From NCBI GenBank assembly GCA_000146465.1, contig CP001952.1: a stretch of 64,000 nucleotides of DNA. One strand, given 5' to 3'. Made by a program: the position numbers and the translations under genes. The notes below the pieces were generated by a model. That model was not told the DNA's origin and searched no databases. It saw nothing but the letters and a program-made list of their open reading frames with translations. Of the stretch, positions 19,827-29,579 are shown one piece after another. Every line of letters begins with the position of its first letter. Positions within the stretch are counted from its first letter, which is position 1.

Positions 19827-21188
19827 TTATTCTTTGGTAATTAGTATTTCCGCATCCCTTCTCTTGGGCTTTGGCTCTAGGAAATAGAACTTCTTCAAGG
19901 ATTTCGCCACACTAACATCGCTTCCATCTGTTCCTTTCTTCTTCGGGTCTCCATCCTCTAAAGCCCTTACTAGGTCATTCCAACTAATTCTATCAACATT
20001 TCCATCATTTGCAAACGATATCTTCTTCAAAACATCCACAATCCTAGACTGTGCCATTCCATTCGTCATTCTAATCAAATCGTTGAATCTGTTTGTTATT
20101 TCCTTCTTACAATCTCCAAGATACTCCTCAAGAATCTCCAATCTTTCTTCGTCGTTTGGAAGCTGGAACTCGTAAACTCCCGAAAATCGACGCTTGAAAG
20201 CATCGTCAAGTGAGTCGTATAGATTGGTGGCTCCAAAGAGAAACACATTGCTGTTCACCTTATCGCATGCTCCCCCAATCGTGTTCAAAAACTCGGTTTG
20301 TGCCTTTAACGTGTAATCCTGTGATCTATCCGATCTCTTAGAAAAGAACACATCCACTTCGTCGATAAACACAAAGCTCGCCCAGTAGTTCCCATCATTT
20401 GCACTCTGGAACAACGCACGGATGTTCTTTTCTGTTTCTCCAACATATTTGTTGTTCAGCGAAGATGGTGTCACAAATGTTATTCTGGTGAGCGATTCCA
20501 TTTGCCTTGCCCTTACCAGCTTCTCATTGTGATCCATTCGGTCAAACTCCTCTTCCCCTATCTCGCTTCTCATCTTTAAGAACTTGATATTTAGATCAAC
20601 AAGATATATTAACTTCTTCATGAAAAGGGTCTTTCCTGTTCCAGGAGGCCCATGAAAAAGGAAGTTTCTTTGTGTTGTTTCTATGGTCTTGTGGAGTTCC
20701 TTCTCGGGAACAGTCCTTAGAAGGCTAACAATCTTTGTCACTTGTGAAATCACTTGTATCATCAAATCCTCCTTCCCAAAATAAGGAACATTCTCAAATG
20801 TTGATCCATCACGGAACGAAGGCTTGTCTTGATCTTCCATCTTCTCATCCTTCTCCTTAGACGTCTTTCCAATGCTCCCTCCTCCTTCTGAGACAATTAT
20901 TCTGTATATTACATATGCAAACACAAGGATAATTATTATAAGATAAAGGACTCCCTTTGTGCCTCCACTTGTATCTTTTGTCTTCTCTGTTTTGGGCTTT
21001 TTCTTTATTCCATAGTCCTTTAAGATCTTTCTATATATCAATGCTCCAAGAATATCGTTATTGATGTCTCTTTTCTTTTCCTCTGGTTTATTATCCTTTG
21101 TTCTGTTTTTCACTTTCTCATACTCTTCTTCATCCTCTGCCGTTTTGTTTTCTACTTTGTAGTTCTTGGACGCTTCTAAATCTCTCAT
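19827..21188 (-). CDS. membrane-anchored AAA+ ATPase (Msp1/ATAD1-like), single N-terminal TM helix
   Basis: TM segment VLYLIIIILVFAYVIYRIIV, Walker A GPPGTGKT, Walker B FVFIDEVD, sensor-1 GATN and arginine finger FKRRF. There is an unusual insertion of about 45 aa between Walker A and the KYVGETEK segment. Confidence 0.55.
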   Translation of the reverse strand: MRDLEASKNYKVENKTAEDEEEYEKVKNRTKDNKPEEKKRDINNDILGALIYRKILKDYGIKKKPKTEKTKDTSGGTKGVLYLIIIILVFAYVIYRIIVSEGGGSIGKTSKEKDEKMEDQDKPSFRDGSTFENVPYFGKEDLMIQVISQVTKIVSLLRTVPEKELHKTIETTQRNFLFHGPPGTGKTLFMKKLIYLVDLNIKFLKMRSEIGEEEFDRMDHNEKLVRARQMESLTRITFVTPSSLNNKYVGETEKNIRALFQSANDGNYWASFVFIDEVDVFFSKRSDRSQDYTLKAQTEFLNTIGGACDKVNSNVFLFGATNLYDSLDDAFKRRFSGVYEFQLPNDEERLEILEEYLGDCKKEITNRFNDLIRMTNGMAQSRIVDVLKKISFANDGNVDRISWNDLVRALEDGDPKKKGTDGSDVSVAKSLKKFYFLEPKPKRRDAEILITKE

Positions 21189-21396
21189 AAACCTCCGATT
21201 CTATGGGTATTCCAAAAAGATTTCAAGAATCAATGTCCAAAACCAACTCCTGGACTACTCCTTACATTATTTTTGCGAGGCTCTAATAGGACTCGACTCC
21301 CCTCGGCCTATGGGAGCTCCAGACTGTTCATAAGCCCTAGACTCCTTTTGAGCTCCTTTTCCAGATCTTTTTAACAACCGACCAAGGAATGCCAAA

Positions 21397-22561
21397 ATGG
21401 ATATCTCCGAAGAAAAGTTCGATGTACTGGATTCTGTGCATGTCTCTGGATTCCGAATATTGAAAGACAGTGGGGAGTTCTACCAAAGAATTAAGTTTCT
21501 TATGCAGAACTCGACATCAGTATGTATAGCATCCCTATTCTTTGGAAAGAACGGAGAAATGGAGGACATCATCGACATTCTCGAAGAAAGAAAGAGGAAG
21601 AATCTCATGACAATCATCTTCATCGATAAAAACAGAGGGACAGTCTTCGAAAGTCTGGAGTCTATAAAAAGAAGGGGTCTTGGCTCATTTTTTCATCTTG
21701 TAGATCTCTCTACGTCTTTCCTGCTTCCAAGGAGACTAAATGAACTTCTCAGAACCTTCCATACTAAGGCCTTGGTTTTCGATGGCCTAACCATATTATC
21801 TGGTGCAAACATGGATGCATCGTACATGACAAACAGAGTAGATAGGTAAGTGAAGCATTTTAATTTTAAGATATCTCGAGATTGACAGTAGGGAGCTGGC
21901 GGATATGATCAGATCTAGAGTCTTTGGAATAAGGCCCCCTTTGGAGGCTGGAAAAACTATATGCCAGGGCCTTCCAGTGTATGTAGGTATGTTTAAAGAG
22001 AAAGAGGAGCCTGCCATAGTCCAGTCGTTTCTGGAAGACTTCGACGAGATACACATTTCCACAGGATATCTGAACTTTCCGGCTCGCTATTTCAAAATGC
22101 TCCAAGGAAAGAAGGTGTCTCTCTATGCTTCATGCCCAGATAAGAACACCTTCGACTCGTTTGGACCCTTGGAGCGATTCATAGGCCCAGCTTATTCATA
22201 TAGCTTCTACAGAACTCTCAGATCAATTTCAAGCCTTTCCATTCACGAGCTGAAGAGGGACGGCCATTCATTCCATCTGAAAGGTAAGTGGAATTGTTAA
22301 TTTCTAGGCTTCTGGGGATTCAAGGGCAGAACAGCTGCAACCATCATAGGCTCATCAAACTTCAACAGGAGAAGCGTAGAAAGAGATGACGAAACAAATT
22401 ATCTAATAATCACATCCGACCCAGACCACGTTCAGAAGCTGAGGACTGAGGTGGAATATCTCAAGAGTAACTCAGAGGCAAGGACCTTGAAGCAGCTTAG
22501 AGGAAGGACATACCAGTTGGCCGTAATTCTATTGTTTCTGATTTTCAACAGATTCTTCTAA
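21397..22561 (+). CDS. PGS1: CDP-diacylglycerol--glycerol-3-phosphate 3-phosphatidyltransferase (PGS1-like, PLD superfamily), spliced as join(21397..21845,21871..22283,22308..22561)
   Basis: Three consecutive ORF pieces in different frames, each ending in a stop codon that lies inside a GTAAGT 5' splice site. Removing 21846..21870 and 22284..22307 gives a continuous 378-aa protein. It has HKD motif 1 (HTKALVFDG...SGANMDASYMTNRVDR|Y, compare PGS1 SGANLSxDYFTNRQDRY) and motif 2 (HLK|GFWGFKGRTAATIIGSSNFNRRSVERDDE). Confidence 0.7.
21846..21870 (+). other. spliceosomal intron (25 nt) GTAAGTGAAGCATTTTAATTTTAAG, phase 2
   Basis: The GT..AG boundaries restore the reading frame exactly (codon AG|A), and the ORF 1 stop codon TAA lies within GTAAGT. 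Confidence 0.7.
22284..22307 (+). other. spliceosomal intron (24 nt) GTAAGTGGAATTGTTAATTTCTAG, phase 1
   Basis: Splicing joins HLK to GFWGFKG...GSSNFNRRS (second HKD-like motif). The unspliced read hits a stop 5 codons later. Confidence 0.7.
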
Positions 22562-22582
22562 TCTAGTATGGCACCAAATAAA

Positions 22583-24610
22583 TCAGCATCTATCCAAATC
22601 CTTCTCAACCTTGCTGAACATGTGGTTAGCCCCCTTGAGCAGATCTTCCAGAGTCACCTCCACACAGCATCTTACAAACTCTCTCCCTGTCCTGCATAGG
22701 CTGTGGTATAAAATGTACTTTGCACGTTTTCTCGACATGCAGCTTGTGTTATGGACAAAGAACTGTGTATCGTTGAATATAGAGACATACGAGGATCCCT
22801 CGACAAGCTTTGCAACGTTCATGAAATATCCTGCACAGAACGACAGAACAATCTTACTTTCATCAGACTTGCATGGCCCATTGAACATGGAACATAGTTG
22901 CTTCTTTATCTTCACTGTCTGAAGCATTGCTCTAACATTTAGAAATGATCTCTTGAGATGTGATATCTTGAATCCAGTTCTTTCCCACATCCTATATATC
23001 TTAAGAAACGAGAAATGGTCTCCTCTTCTATCAAAATACAATGACTTTGCATCCAAAAACGCCTTGTGAGATTGGCTGTACTTTGGAATGTCCAGCCATA
23101 TGTTTCCCACACTTAGCATGGCTGCAATGATTGAAACATCCTCAAGGCACCCCAGATCCGAAGATACAATCAGGGAAATCGCTAGCTCCGGCTCTAGAGG
23201 GATTTTCGAGGCTCTGGCTCCAATCGGTGTTATCTTTCCATCTCCTCCTATGGCCTTGAGGTAGTACAGCAACTCTAGGGCCTTCCTCACATTCGAGGTA
23301 TCGGGCTTATCTATAAGGTCGAAGTTCACTATGTCATTCACTCCAATCGACTTCAGTTCAAGCACTGCCTTGGCAAGATTGCAGCAGAAAATCTCTGGTA
23401 TTGTATTCTCGCTCATCTCTTGGAATTCCTCTTTGGAGTATAACCGAAACACCTTTCCTTCCTGGGTTCTCCCTGCTCTCCCTGCCCTCTGCTTGGCCTG
23501 TGCCTTCGATATCCATGCCACCTCCAAGATGTCCATTCCAAAGGCCCCAGAGTATCTCATCTGCTTGGCTCGCCCGCAGTCCACAACATATTTTATACCC
23601 TCAATGGTTATCGATGTCTCCGCAATGTTTGTTGCAAGGACAATCTTTCTTTTCTTCGTCTTCTTGAACACAAGCTCCTGCTCCTCGGGTGAAAGCATGC
23701 TGTATATGCAATACACCTCGGCGTCGTTCCCTAAGATCTCTACAAGGATGTTTCTCCCGTTGTTGATCTCCTCCTTTCCCGTTAGAAACACCAATATGTC
23801 TCCTTCTTCCTCTGTCCTATGTATCTGTACCACTGTCTTCACAGCTTCGTCCAGATAATCCAAAGCCCCAGCCTTCTTCAAGAAAAATATCTCCAATGGA
23901 AACATTCTGTGGCGAATCTCAACCGTTTGGCATCTAAAAAACGAAATAAACTTCTCAGAGCTTAGCGTTGCACTCATTATAATCACCCGAAGATCCTTCC
24001 TCTTGCTCAGAATCGATTTCAGATATCCCAGAAGAATGTCTATGTTGACACTTCTTTCATGTGCCTCGTCGATAATCACAACATCATATCTATTGAGGCA
24101 TTTATCACTGACTATCTCCCGAAGCAAAATCCCGTCTGTAGCATATTTAAGCCTCGTTTTCTTACTCGATACATCGTTAAATCTTACAGAGTATCCAACC
24201 TCCATCCCTATCTTCACATTCATATCCTGGGCAACCTTCTTGGCAACACTTACAGCTGCAATCCTTCTGGGCTGCGTGCACACTATGCTCTTGTATCTCT
24301 CAAGAAGATATCTCGGGACTTTCGTTGTCTTCCCACATCCTGTGTCTCCTTCAATCAACAGAACTTGGCTCTTTTCAAGCTTCGAGAAAATCTCCCCCAT
24401 CTTATCTTTAACACTCTCTTCTCCAGATCTCTCCTCCTTCTTCTCCGTACTTATTAGCAAGTCCATTATTTCCTCCTCTGCTATGGAGTCCTTCTTGTCT
24501 TTGGCTAGGGGAAACAGTTCTGGAGGAATCTCTCGATTGATGCGTATTTCTGTTTCCATCCCTTTGAACACCGTTCTTTCTTCCATTCCCAATTCTCCAG
24601 GGGTCCGCAC
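22583..24610 (-). CDS. DEAH-box ATP-dependent RNA helicase (Prp43/Prp2-like)
   Basis: GDTGCGKTTKVPRYLLE (motif I), IIDEAHERS (motif II DEAH), SAT, TNIAETSITIEGIKYVVD and QRAGRAGR, with a short N-terminal extension. Confidence 0.8.
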   Translation of the reverse strand: MRTPGELGMEERTVFKGMETEIRINREIPPELFPLAKDKKDSIAEEEIMDLLISTEKKEERSGEESVKDKMGEIFSKLEKSQVLLIEGDTGCGKTTKVPRYLLERYKSIVCTQPRRIAAVSVAKKVAQDMNVKIGMEVGYSVRFNDVSSKKTRLKYATDGILLREIVSDKCLNRYDVVIIDEAHERSVNIDILLGYLKSILSKRKDLRVIIMSATLSSEKFISFFRCQTVEIRHRMFPLEIFFLKKAGALDYLDEAVKTVVQIHRTEEEGDILVFLTGKEEINNGRNILVEILGNDAEVYCIYSMLSPEEQELVFKKTKKRKIVLATNIAETSITIEGIKYVVDCGRAKQMRYSGAFGMDILEVAWISKAQAKQRAGRAGRTQEGKVFRLYSKEEFQEMSENTIPEIFCCNLAKAVLELKSIGVNDIVNFDLIDKPDTSNVRKALELLYYLKAIGGDGKITPIGARASKIPLEPELAISLIVSSDLGCLEDVSIIAAMLSVGNIWLDIPKYSQSHKAFLDAKSLYFDRRGDHFSFLKIYRMWERTGFKISHLKRSFLNVRAMLQTVKIKKQLCSMFNGPCKSDESKIVLSFCAGYFMNVAKLVEGSSYVSIFNDTQFFVHNTSCMSRKRAKYILYHSLCRTGREFVRCCVEVTLEDLLKGANHMFSKVEKDLDRC

Positions 24611-24818
24611 TTATCTTCCCTATCCCCAGAAACATATATTTTTTTTGAAAAGACCCCTTGCTTGCCTAGCCGATAAGAACGAGTCTTTTGCCTTTTACTG
24701 AAGACTCCCATGGCTAGACACCGTGCCACACAGCAATTTTTGGAATGCTGATCAACTCAGCCTTGTTGTCGTAACATCTTCATCTAGCTTCTAAGATACA
24801 TCATCAAAAAAGAATACT

Positions 24819-25787
24819 TTAATTCTTCATCCTTTTCTTCTGTCTGTTTGCATAATCCTGGTAGTTCGAGATTATCCTGTTAACTATGTGCTCCGCAGAG
24901 AGATAGCTGAACCTATTTTCGGCATAGCTGTGCTCCACAACCTCTTTAATGCTATCGTATCTCGATAGATCCTTTGTGTCGAAAGAGGTCCCTACAATGT
25001 CGATTCCATGCTTCTCAATAAACTCCTTTCCAATCAGATAGGGCGAAATAATTACCTCGTCAACATATTTACATGACACCAATGTAAGCATTCTCTCCTT
25101 GGTCGTCATCACGGGATAGTTTCTAGTGTATTCCCTTGTGGTCTCGTCGTCATGTATCCCAACAACAAGATAGTCTCCCATTTCTCTTGCTATTTTCAAG
25201 GATACAACATGTCCGGCATGGAACAAATCAAAATTCCCATCTATAAACACCACTTTTCCTTTCCTTTCCCTTTTCATCGAGCTCACAAATAGCTCAAGCA
25301 ACTGATCATGGTATCTAGAGTTTTTGTTGCTTTCTTTGTGTTCTCCATCCAAGCAGGTTCCCCTATTCTTCAGCATCATCCGCCCGACAGTCTCAGTCGT
25401 CGAGATTCCAACCGTCCTCTCCACCTCTCTGAATATACCTGTCCTTCTCACTTGGAAGTACGAGTCCTGTCCCTTCGAATCGAGTATTATGTCGTTTCCA
25501 TGTGCTACTATACTTGCCCCGTATTCCCTAACCATGCTCATCTCTGTGACAAATGGTGCATCCTTGACAATCTCATCTACGTATCTGCATCTCTGGACGA
25601 CCTCATACCTCTCGTCATCCTCCATCACAGGTAATCCCTTTTCTCGGTTTATGCTGAGAGATGAATGAACTCCGGCTATCAGATAATCCCCCAATGCTTT
25701 GGACTGCCTTAGCGCATTTGCATGGCCGTAGTGGAACATATCAAAGCACCCGTCAGCCCAGACCTTTTGGATCTCCTTGGATGCCAT
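24819..25787 (-). CDS. ECT1: ethanolamine-phosphate cytidylyltransferase (tandem CTP-transferase domains)
   Basis: Two HxGH cytidylyltransferase cores: WADGCFDMFHYGHANALRQSKALG and FIDGNFDLFHAGHVVSLKIAREMG. Confidence 0.8.
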   Translation of the reverse strand: MASKEIQKVWADGCFDMFHYGHANALRQSKALGDYLIAGVHSSLSINREKGLPVMEDDERYEVVQRCRYVDEIVKDAPFVTEMSMVREYGASIVAHGNDIILDSKGQDSYFQVRRTGIFREVERTVGISTTETVGRMMLKNRGTCLDGEHKESNKNSRYHDQLLELFVSSMKRERKGKVVFIDGNFDLFHAGHVVSLKIAREMGDYLVVGIHDDETTREYTRNYPVMTTKERMLTLVSCKYVDEVIISPYLIGKEFIEKHGIDIVGTSFDTKDLSRYDSIKEVVEHSYAENRFSYLSAEHIVNRIISNYQDYANRQKKRMKN

Positions 25788-26112
25788 TTGTTTGGGAAAG
25801 GTTCTACTTAATTATAAAGAAATTAAAATGTTTTAGATTAAAACTAGATGGATGCCCAAGAGTAAGCCTCATTCAGTTGGGTAGAACCATACCTAACAGC
25901 ATTATTCTATTGCAATGATGAAAGAAATCACTTAAGATGGCCCTTTCGGCATCGTCCGAGGACTTTCCATAGAGCTCATATGTGCTCCAACGCTGTTCTT
26001 CGGACATCCATGGGCATTTCTGGAAACTCCTAAAAATATAAAATTTTTGCTTCCAGCTTCCAACCAGAGTCCAACTAAAAAAGAAGCAGTACCAACATTA
26101 TTTAAGATTAAT

Positions 26113-27720
26113 TTAATTCAATTTCCGGCAGGATGCAGATATTAAACCAGTTATTAGTGGATGCGGCTGGTTAGGCCTTGCAGTGAACTCAGGATGGAAT
26201 TGTACTCCGACAAAAAACGGATGCGATGTAAGCTCAAAGATCTTTGCTGCTCTTCTCTCGTCGCTGAATCCTACAAACCTCAGGCCATACGAACATAGTG
26301 AGGAAACCTCGGATCGAACAACCTCGAACCGATGTCGGTGCCTCTCTCGGATCTTCTCCGCTCCAGAGTACAACCTCTTCACAAGTCCGTCCTCAAGCTC
26401 CACCTCGTATCCCCCAACTCGCAGTTTCTTATCAACCACTCCGTTCTTGTCGCTGATAAACCTGACAACAAGGTTCTTCCCAGACGGGTTAAACTCCTCG
26501 GAAGATGCATCCTTCATCCCAAGAACGTTCCTGCACATCTCGATAATCGATAGTTGGTATCCAAGACAGATCCCAAGAAGAGGAATCCTGTTTTCCCGTG
26601 CATACCGGATCGCCGAGATCTTCCCCTCGATCCCCCGTGCTCCAAATCCTCCCGGAATGATAATTCCATTGCACTTCTCAAGATCCTCTGTGGTGTACGA
26701 GTCTGCATTGATCCATTCAATCTCAACATTCACCCCCACAGACGCCCCAGAGAACCTCAATGCATGCACAAGAGACGTGTAGCTGTCAAACTCCGGCGAG
26801 TACTTCCCCACTATCCCGATCCTTACTGTGTCCTCGTGCTTCTGCACAAGTCGTTCAAACGTCTCAAGTATCTCCCGATCCCCCTCCTTCGACGAAATCC
26901 CAAGCACCTTGTTCAGCGACTCAACCATTCCGTGCTCTTCAAGGAACTTCGGCACAAGATACACCGACTCCAGATTCGGAAGCCCAAACACATTCCCAGG
27001 CTCCACCCAGCAGTTCTTCGATATCTTCTCCCGCGTCTCCTTGCTGGGGTCCCGCACTCCCCTGCACACAATGATGTCGTAGCTGAGCCCGAATCTCCTG
27101 AAGTTCCTGCACCCCATCTGGATACTCTTTGTTTTCTGCTCCCCACTCTCTAGCTCTACAAGATGGTCTACAGACACAAATGCACAGTTGCTCCTTCCAA
27201 CAATTCTCTGGAACTTTGCAAAGGCGTCTGTGTATATAGACGACTCGCTCTCTCCAACAGTTCCCCCAAGCTCGATAATCACCACGTCTGGGATGACCCT
27301 ACGTCCGCTCTTGAAGTCTTCCACAGGAGTCTCCGCCACCATCTTAATTCTTCTGATAACATCGTCTATTGCATGTGGATTAATCTGTAATGTCTTTCCA
27401 AGAAAATGACCCTCCTTCTCACGCTTGATCATTTCAAAAAAAATCTTTCCAGACGTTATTGCATTTGAAGCCTCAAGGTTGATGCTACTGAATCTTTCGT
27501 AGTTTCCAAGATCAAGATCGCACTCAGACCCATCTTCAAGGACATAGACCTCGCCATGCTCAGAAGGTGCAAGCATCCCTGCATTATAATTGAAGTATGG
27601 ATCAATCTTTATATGTGTTACGACGTGTCCTCTTGACTTTAGTAAAGCACCCACGCTACTACTTACTACGCCTTTTCCGGCTCCAGAGATAACTCCTCCG
27701 GAAACAAAAATGTACTTCAT
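26113..27720 (-). CDS. URA7: CTP synthase
   Basis: MKYIFVSGGVISGAGKGVVSSSVGALLKSRG at the N-terminus, and a C-terminal glutamine amidotransferase domain (GIIIPGGFGARGIEGKI, LGICLGYQ). Confidence 0.9.
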   Translation of the reverse strand: MKYIFVSGGVISGAGKGVVSSSVGALLKSRGHVVTHIKIDPYFNYNAGMLAPSEHGEVYVLEDGSECDLDLGNYERFSSINLEASNAITSGKIFFEMIKREKEGHFLGKTLQINPHAIDDVIRRIKMVAETPVEDFKSGRRVIPDVVIIELGGTVGESESSIYTDAFAKFQRIVGRSNCAFVSVDHLVELESGEQKTKSIQMGCRNFRRFGLSYDIIVCRGVRDPSKETREKISKNCWVEPGNVFGLPNLESVYLVPKFLEEHGMVESLNKVLGISSKEGDREILETFERLVQKHEDTVRIGIVGKYSPEFDSYTSLVHALRFSGASVGVNVEIEWINADSYTTEDLEKCNGIIIPGGFGARGIEGKISAIRYARENRIPLLGICLGYQLSIIEMCRNVLGMKDASSEEFNPSGKNLVVRFISDKNGVVDKKLRVGGYEVELEDGLVKRLYSGAEKIRERHRHRFEVVRSEVSSLCSYGLRFVGFSDERRAAKIFELTSHPFFVGVQFHPEFTARPNQPHPLITGLISASCRKLN

Positions 27721-27889
27721 TTTAGGGGAGTGCTTTTGATTCTTTAAATACTTATAAATTGCTTAACGCTTATATTAATAATGTCAAAGATAAATATTTA
27801 ACAGTTCTGGATTACCGTTGGAATGTAAACGGGCTTAGGTAGCCAAGAACGAATACGCTTCTAGCGAAATTTATGGAAGCCCTTCGAGA

Positions 27890-29521
27890 ATGAAGAAATT
27901 TATAACGAGTGCTTTACCTTATGTAAACAATCAGCCGCATCTTGGAAACGTCATAGGAAGCGTTCTTAGCGGGGATGTGTACAGCAAATACTGCAAAAAG
28001 AAGGGAGAGACTTGCCTGTATATCTGTGGAACAGACGAATATGGGACAGCCATTGAGATGGAGGCTGTTTCTCAAGGACGACCTCCTTTGGAGATTTGTG
28101 AGGAGAACAGGAGGCTTCACAAACAGGTCTATGACTGGTTCAACATCGACTTCGATTACTTTGGATTTACTTCGACACCCGAACACACAGAGATGGTGCA
28201 GAGTCTCTTCATGAAGATGTACAACAACGGACATTTCAAGGAGCTGGAGATTGAGCAGTTCTATTGTGGGAACTGTGGGATATTTCTTGCAGACAGGTAT
28301 GTTGTGGGAGAATGCAAGTTCTGTGGAGATCTGGGAGCCAAAGGAGACCAATGTGATGCATGTGGGCAGACATACAATTTTCTCGAGCTCCTGTCTCCAA
28401 AGTGTTCTATATGCAGTACTGTGCCTATTATTAGATCTACTTGCCATCTGTTCTTTGATCTAGAGATGTTCCGGCCTCATCTTTTGGAGACCTACAAGGA
28501 AAATGGTCATCTGTGGAGCCAGAATGCTCAGAATATATTCAACCAGTGGATTTCGATGGAATTCCACCCAAGATGTATGACAAGAGATTTGAAGTTCAGG
28601 TGGGGGGTTCCTGTTCCTTTGGAAAAGTTTAAGGAAAAGGTTTTCTATGTGTGGTTTGATGCGCCGATAGGATATCTGACGTTTTTAAAGGAGCTTGTTG
28701 GAGAGGACTTTTCTGAATGGTGCAAGGACTCGGAGCTTGTACAGTTTATGGGGAAGGACAATGTGGCGTTCCACACCATTATATTTCCCGCCATGATCTA
28801 TGCAACTGGAGAGAAGTATCCGATAATCAAAAGACTGTCTGCAACCGAGTACCTACAGTTTGAGAACCAAAAGTTCTCGAAGAGCAGAAGACATGGGATC
28901 TTTGGGCTGGATCTTGTTAAGGGGAACCTCGGGAAGCCCTGCATCTGGAGATACTATCTGATGAAGATACGGCCGGAGTCAACAAAGGATTCTAACTTCA
29001 CCTTTTACGACTTCCAGCAGTCTGTGACGGCAGACTTGATCAACAACCTTGGGAATTTTGTGAACCGTGTGTTGAAATATATAGAATCCAGGTGCAACTC
29101 GAGAGTATCGCTTCTCGAGCTTGATGAAAAGGATAAGGAGTTTGTTGAGGACATTAATGGGCTTTATCGTAGATATATAACAAAGATGGACGAGATAAAG
29201 CTGAGAGAGGGACTACAGGTGGTCATGGAGATCTCAAGACGCGGGAACGAGTATATTCAGGAGGGAGTCCGGAACAAAGCCAGGAAGTCTCATTTTTTCT
29301 GCCTTGGATTTAGTGTGGTTGGGTTTTTGGCGACTCTCTTGTATCCCTTTATGCCTGTTGCTTCTGTAGAAATTTTAAGGATGTGTAATCTCGAGGAGAC
29401 AGGGCTTCCAGAGTCGATTCAGATAATTGATGGACATATGATAGGAGGCAGGATATGCCCATTGTTTGAAAACTTCACTCCCGAGCAGCTTGAAGAAATG
29501 AAGAAGTATGGCAGCTCGTAA
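27890..29521 (+). CDS. MES1: methionyl-tRNA synthetase
   Basis: ALPYVNNQPHLGNVIGSVLSGDVYSKYCK (HIGH-type), CX2C zinc knuckles, and KFSKSRRHGIFG (KMSKS). Confidence 0.85.
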   Translation: MKKFITSALPYVNNQPHLGNVIGSVLSGDVYSKYCKKKGETCLYICGTDEYGTAIEMEAVSQGRPPLEICEENRRLHKQVYDWFNIDFDYFGFTSTPEHTEMVQSLFMKMYNNGHFKELEIEQFYCGNCGIFLADRYVVGECKFCGDLGAKGDQCDACGQTYNFLELLSPKCSICSTVPIIRSTCHLFFDLEMFRPHLLETYKENGHLWSQNAQNIFNQWISMEFHPRCMTRDLKFRWGVPVPLEKFKEKVFYVWFDAPIGYLTFLKELVGEDFSEWCKDSELVQFMGKDNVAFHTIIFPAMIYATGEKYPIIKRLSATEYLQFENQKFSKSRRHGIFGLDLVKGNLGKPCIWRYYLMKIRPESTKDSNFTFYDFQQSVTADLINNLGNFVNRVLKYIESRCNSRVSLLELDEKDKEFVEDINGLYRRYITKMDEIKLREGLQVVMEISRRGNEYIQEGVRNKARKSHFFCLGFSVVGFLATLLYPFMPVASVEILRMCNLEETGLPESIQIIDGHMIGGRICPLFENFTPEQLEEMKKYGSS

Positions 29522-29579
29522 CATATGGAATTTCCAAATAAACTTTTCTTAATATTTGTCATTGGAGTCTTGAGTCCTT

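Noticed and set aside
23331-24701. 175-aa and 232-aa plus-strand ORFs antisense to the DEAH helicase
   Set aside because: They overlap conserved helicase motifs on the other strand, and their Ser/Leu-rich translations are typical of antisense frames.
25940-26040. U6-snRNA-like fragment (AGCACATAT) in the 325-bp spacer
   Set aside because: The ACAGAGA box, AGC triad and U6 ISL sequence are missing, so the similarity is too short to call an snRNA.
26183-27409. Several long plus-strand ORFs (up to 199 aa) antisense to CTP synthase
   Set aside because: They lie entirely within a strongly conserved minus-strand gene and have proline/serine/arginine-rich, low-complexity translations. They are a compositional artefact of the codon usage on the opposite strand.
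27661-27666. Minus-strand GTAAGT (plus ACTTAC) near the CTP synthase N-terminus
   Set aside because: It codes for the conserved VVSSSVGALLK segment (GTA GTA AGT AGT...), so it is not an intron.
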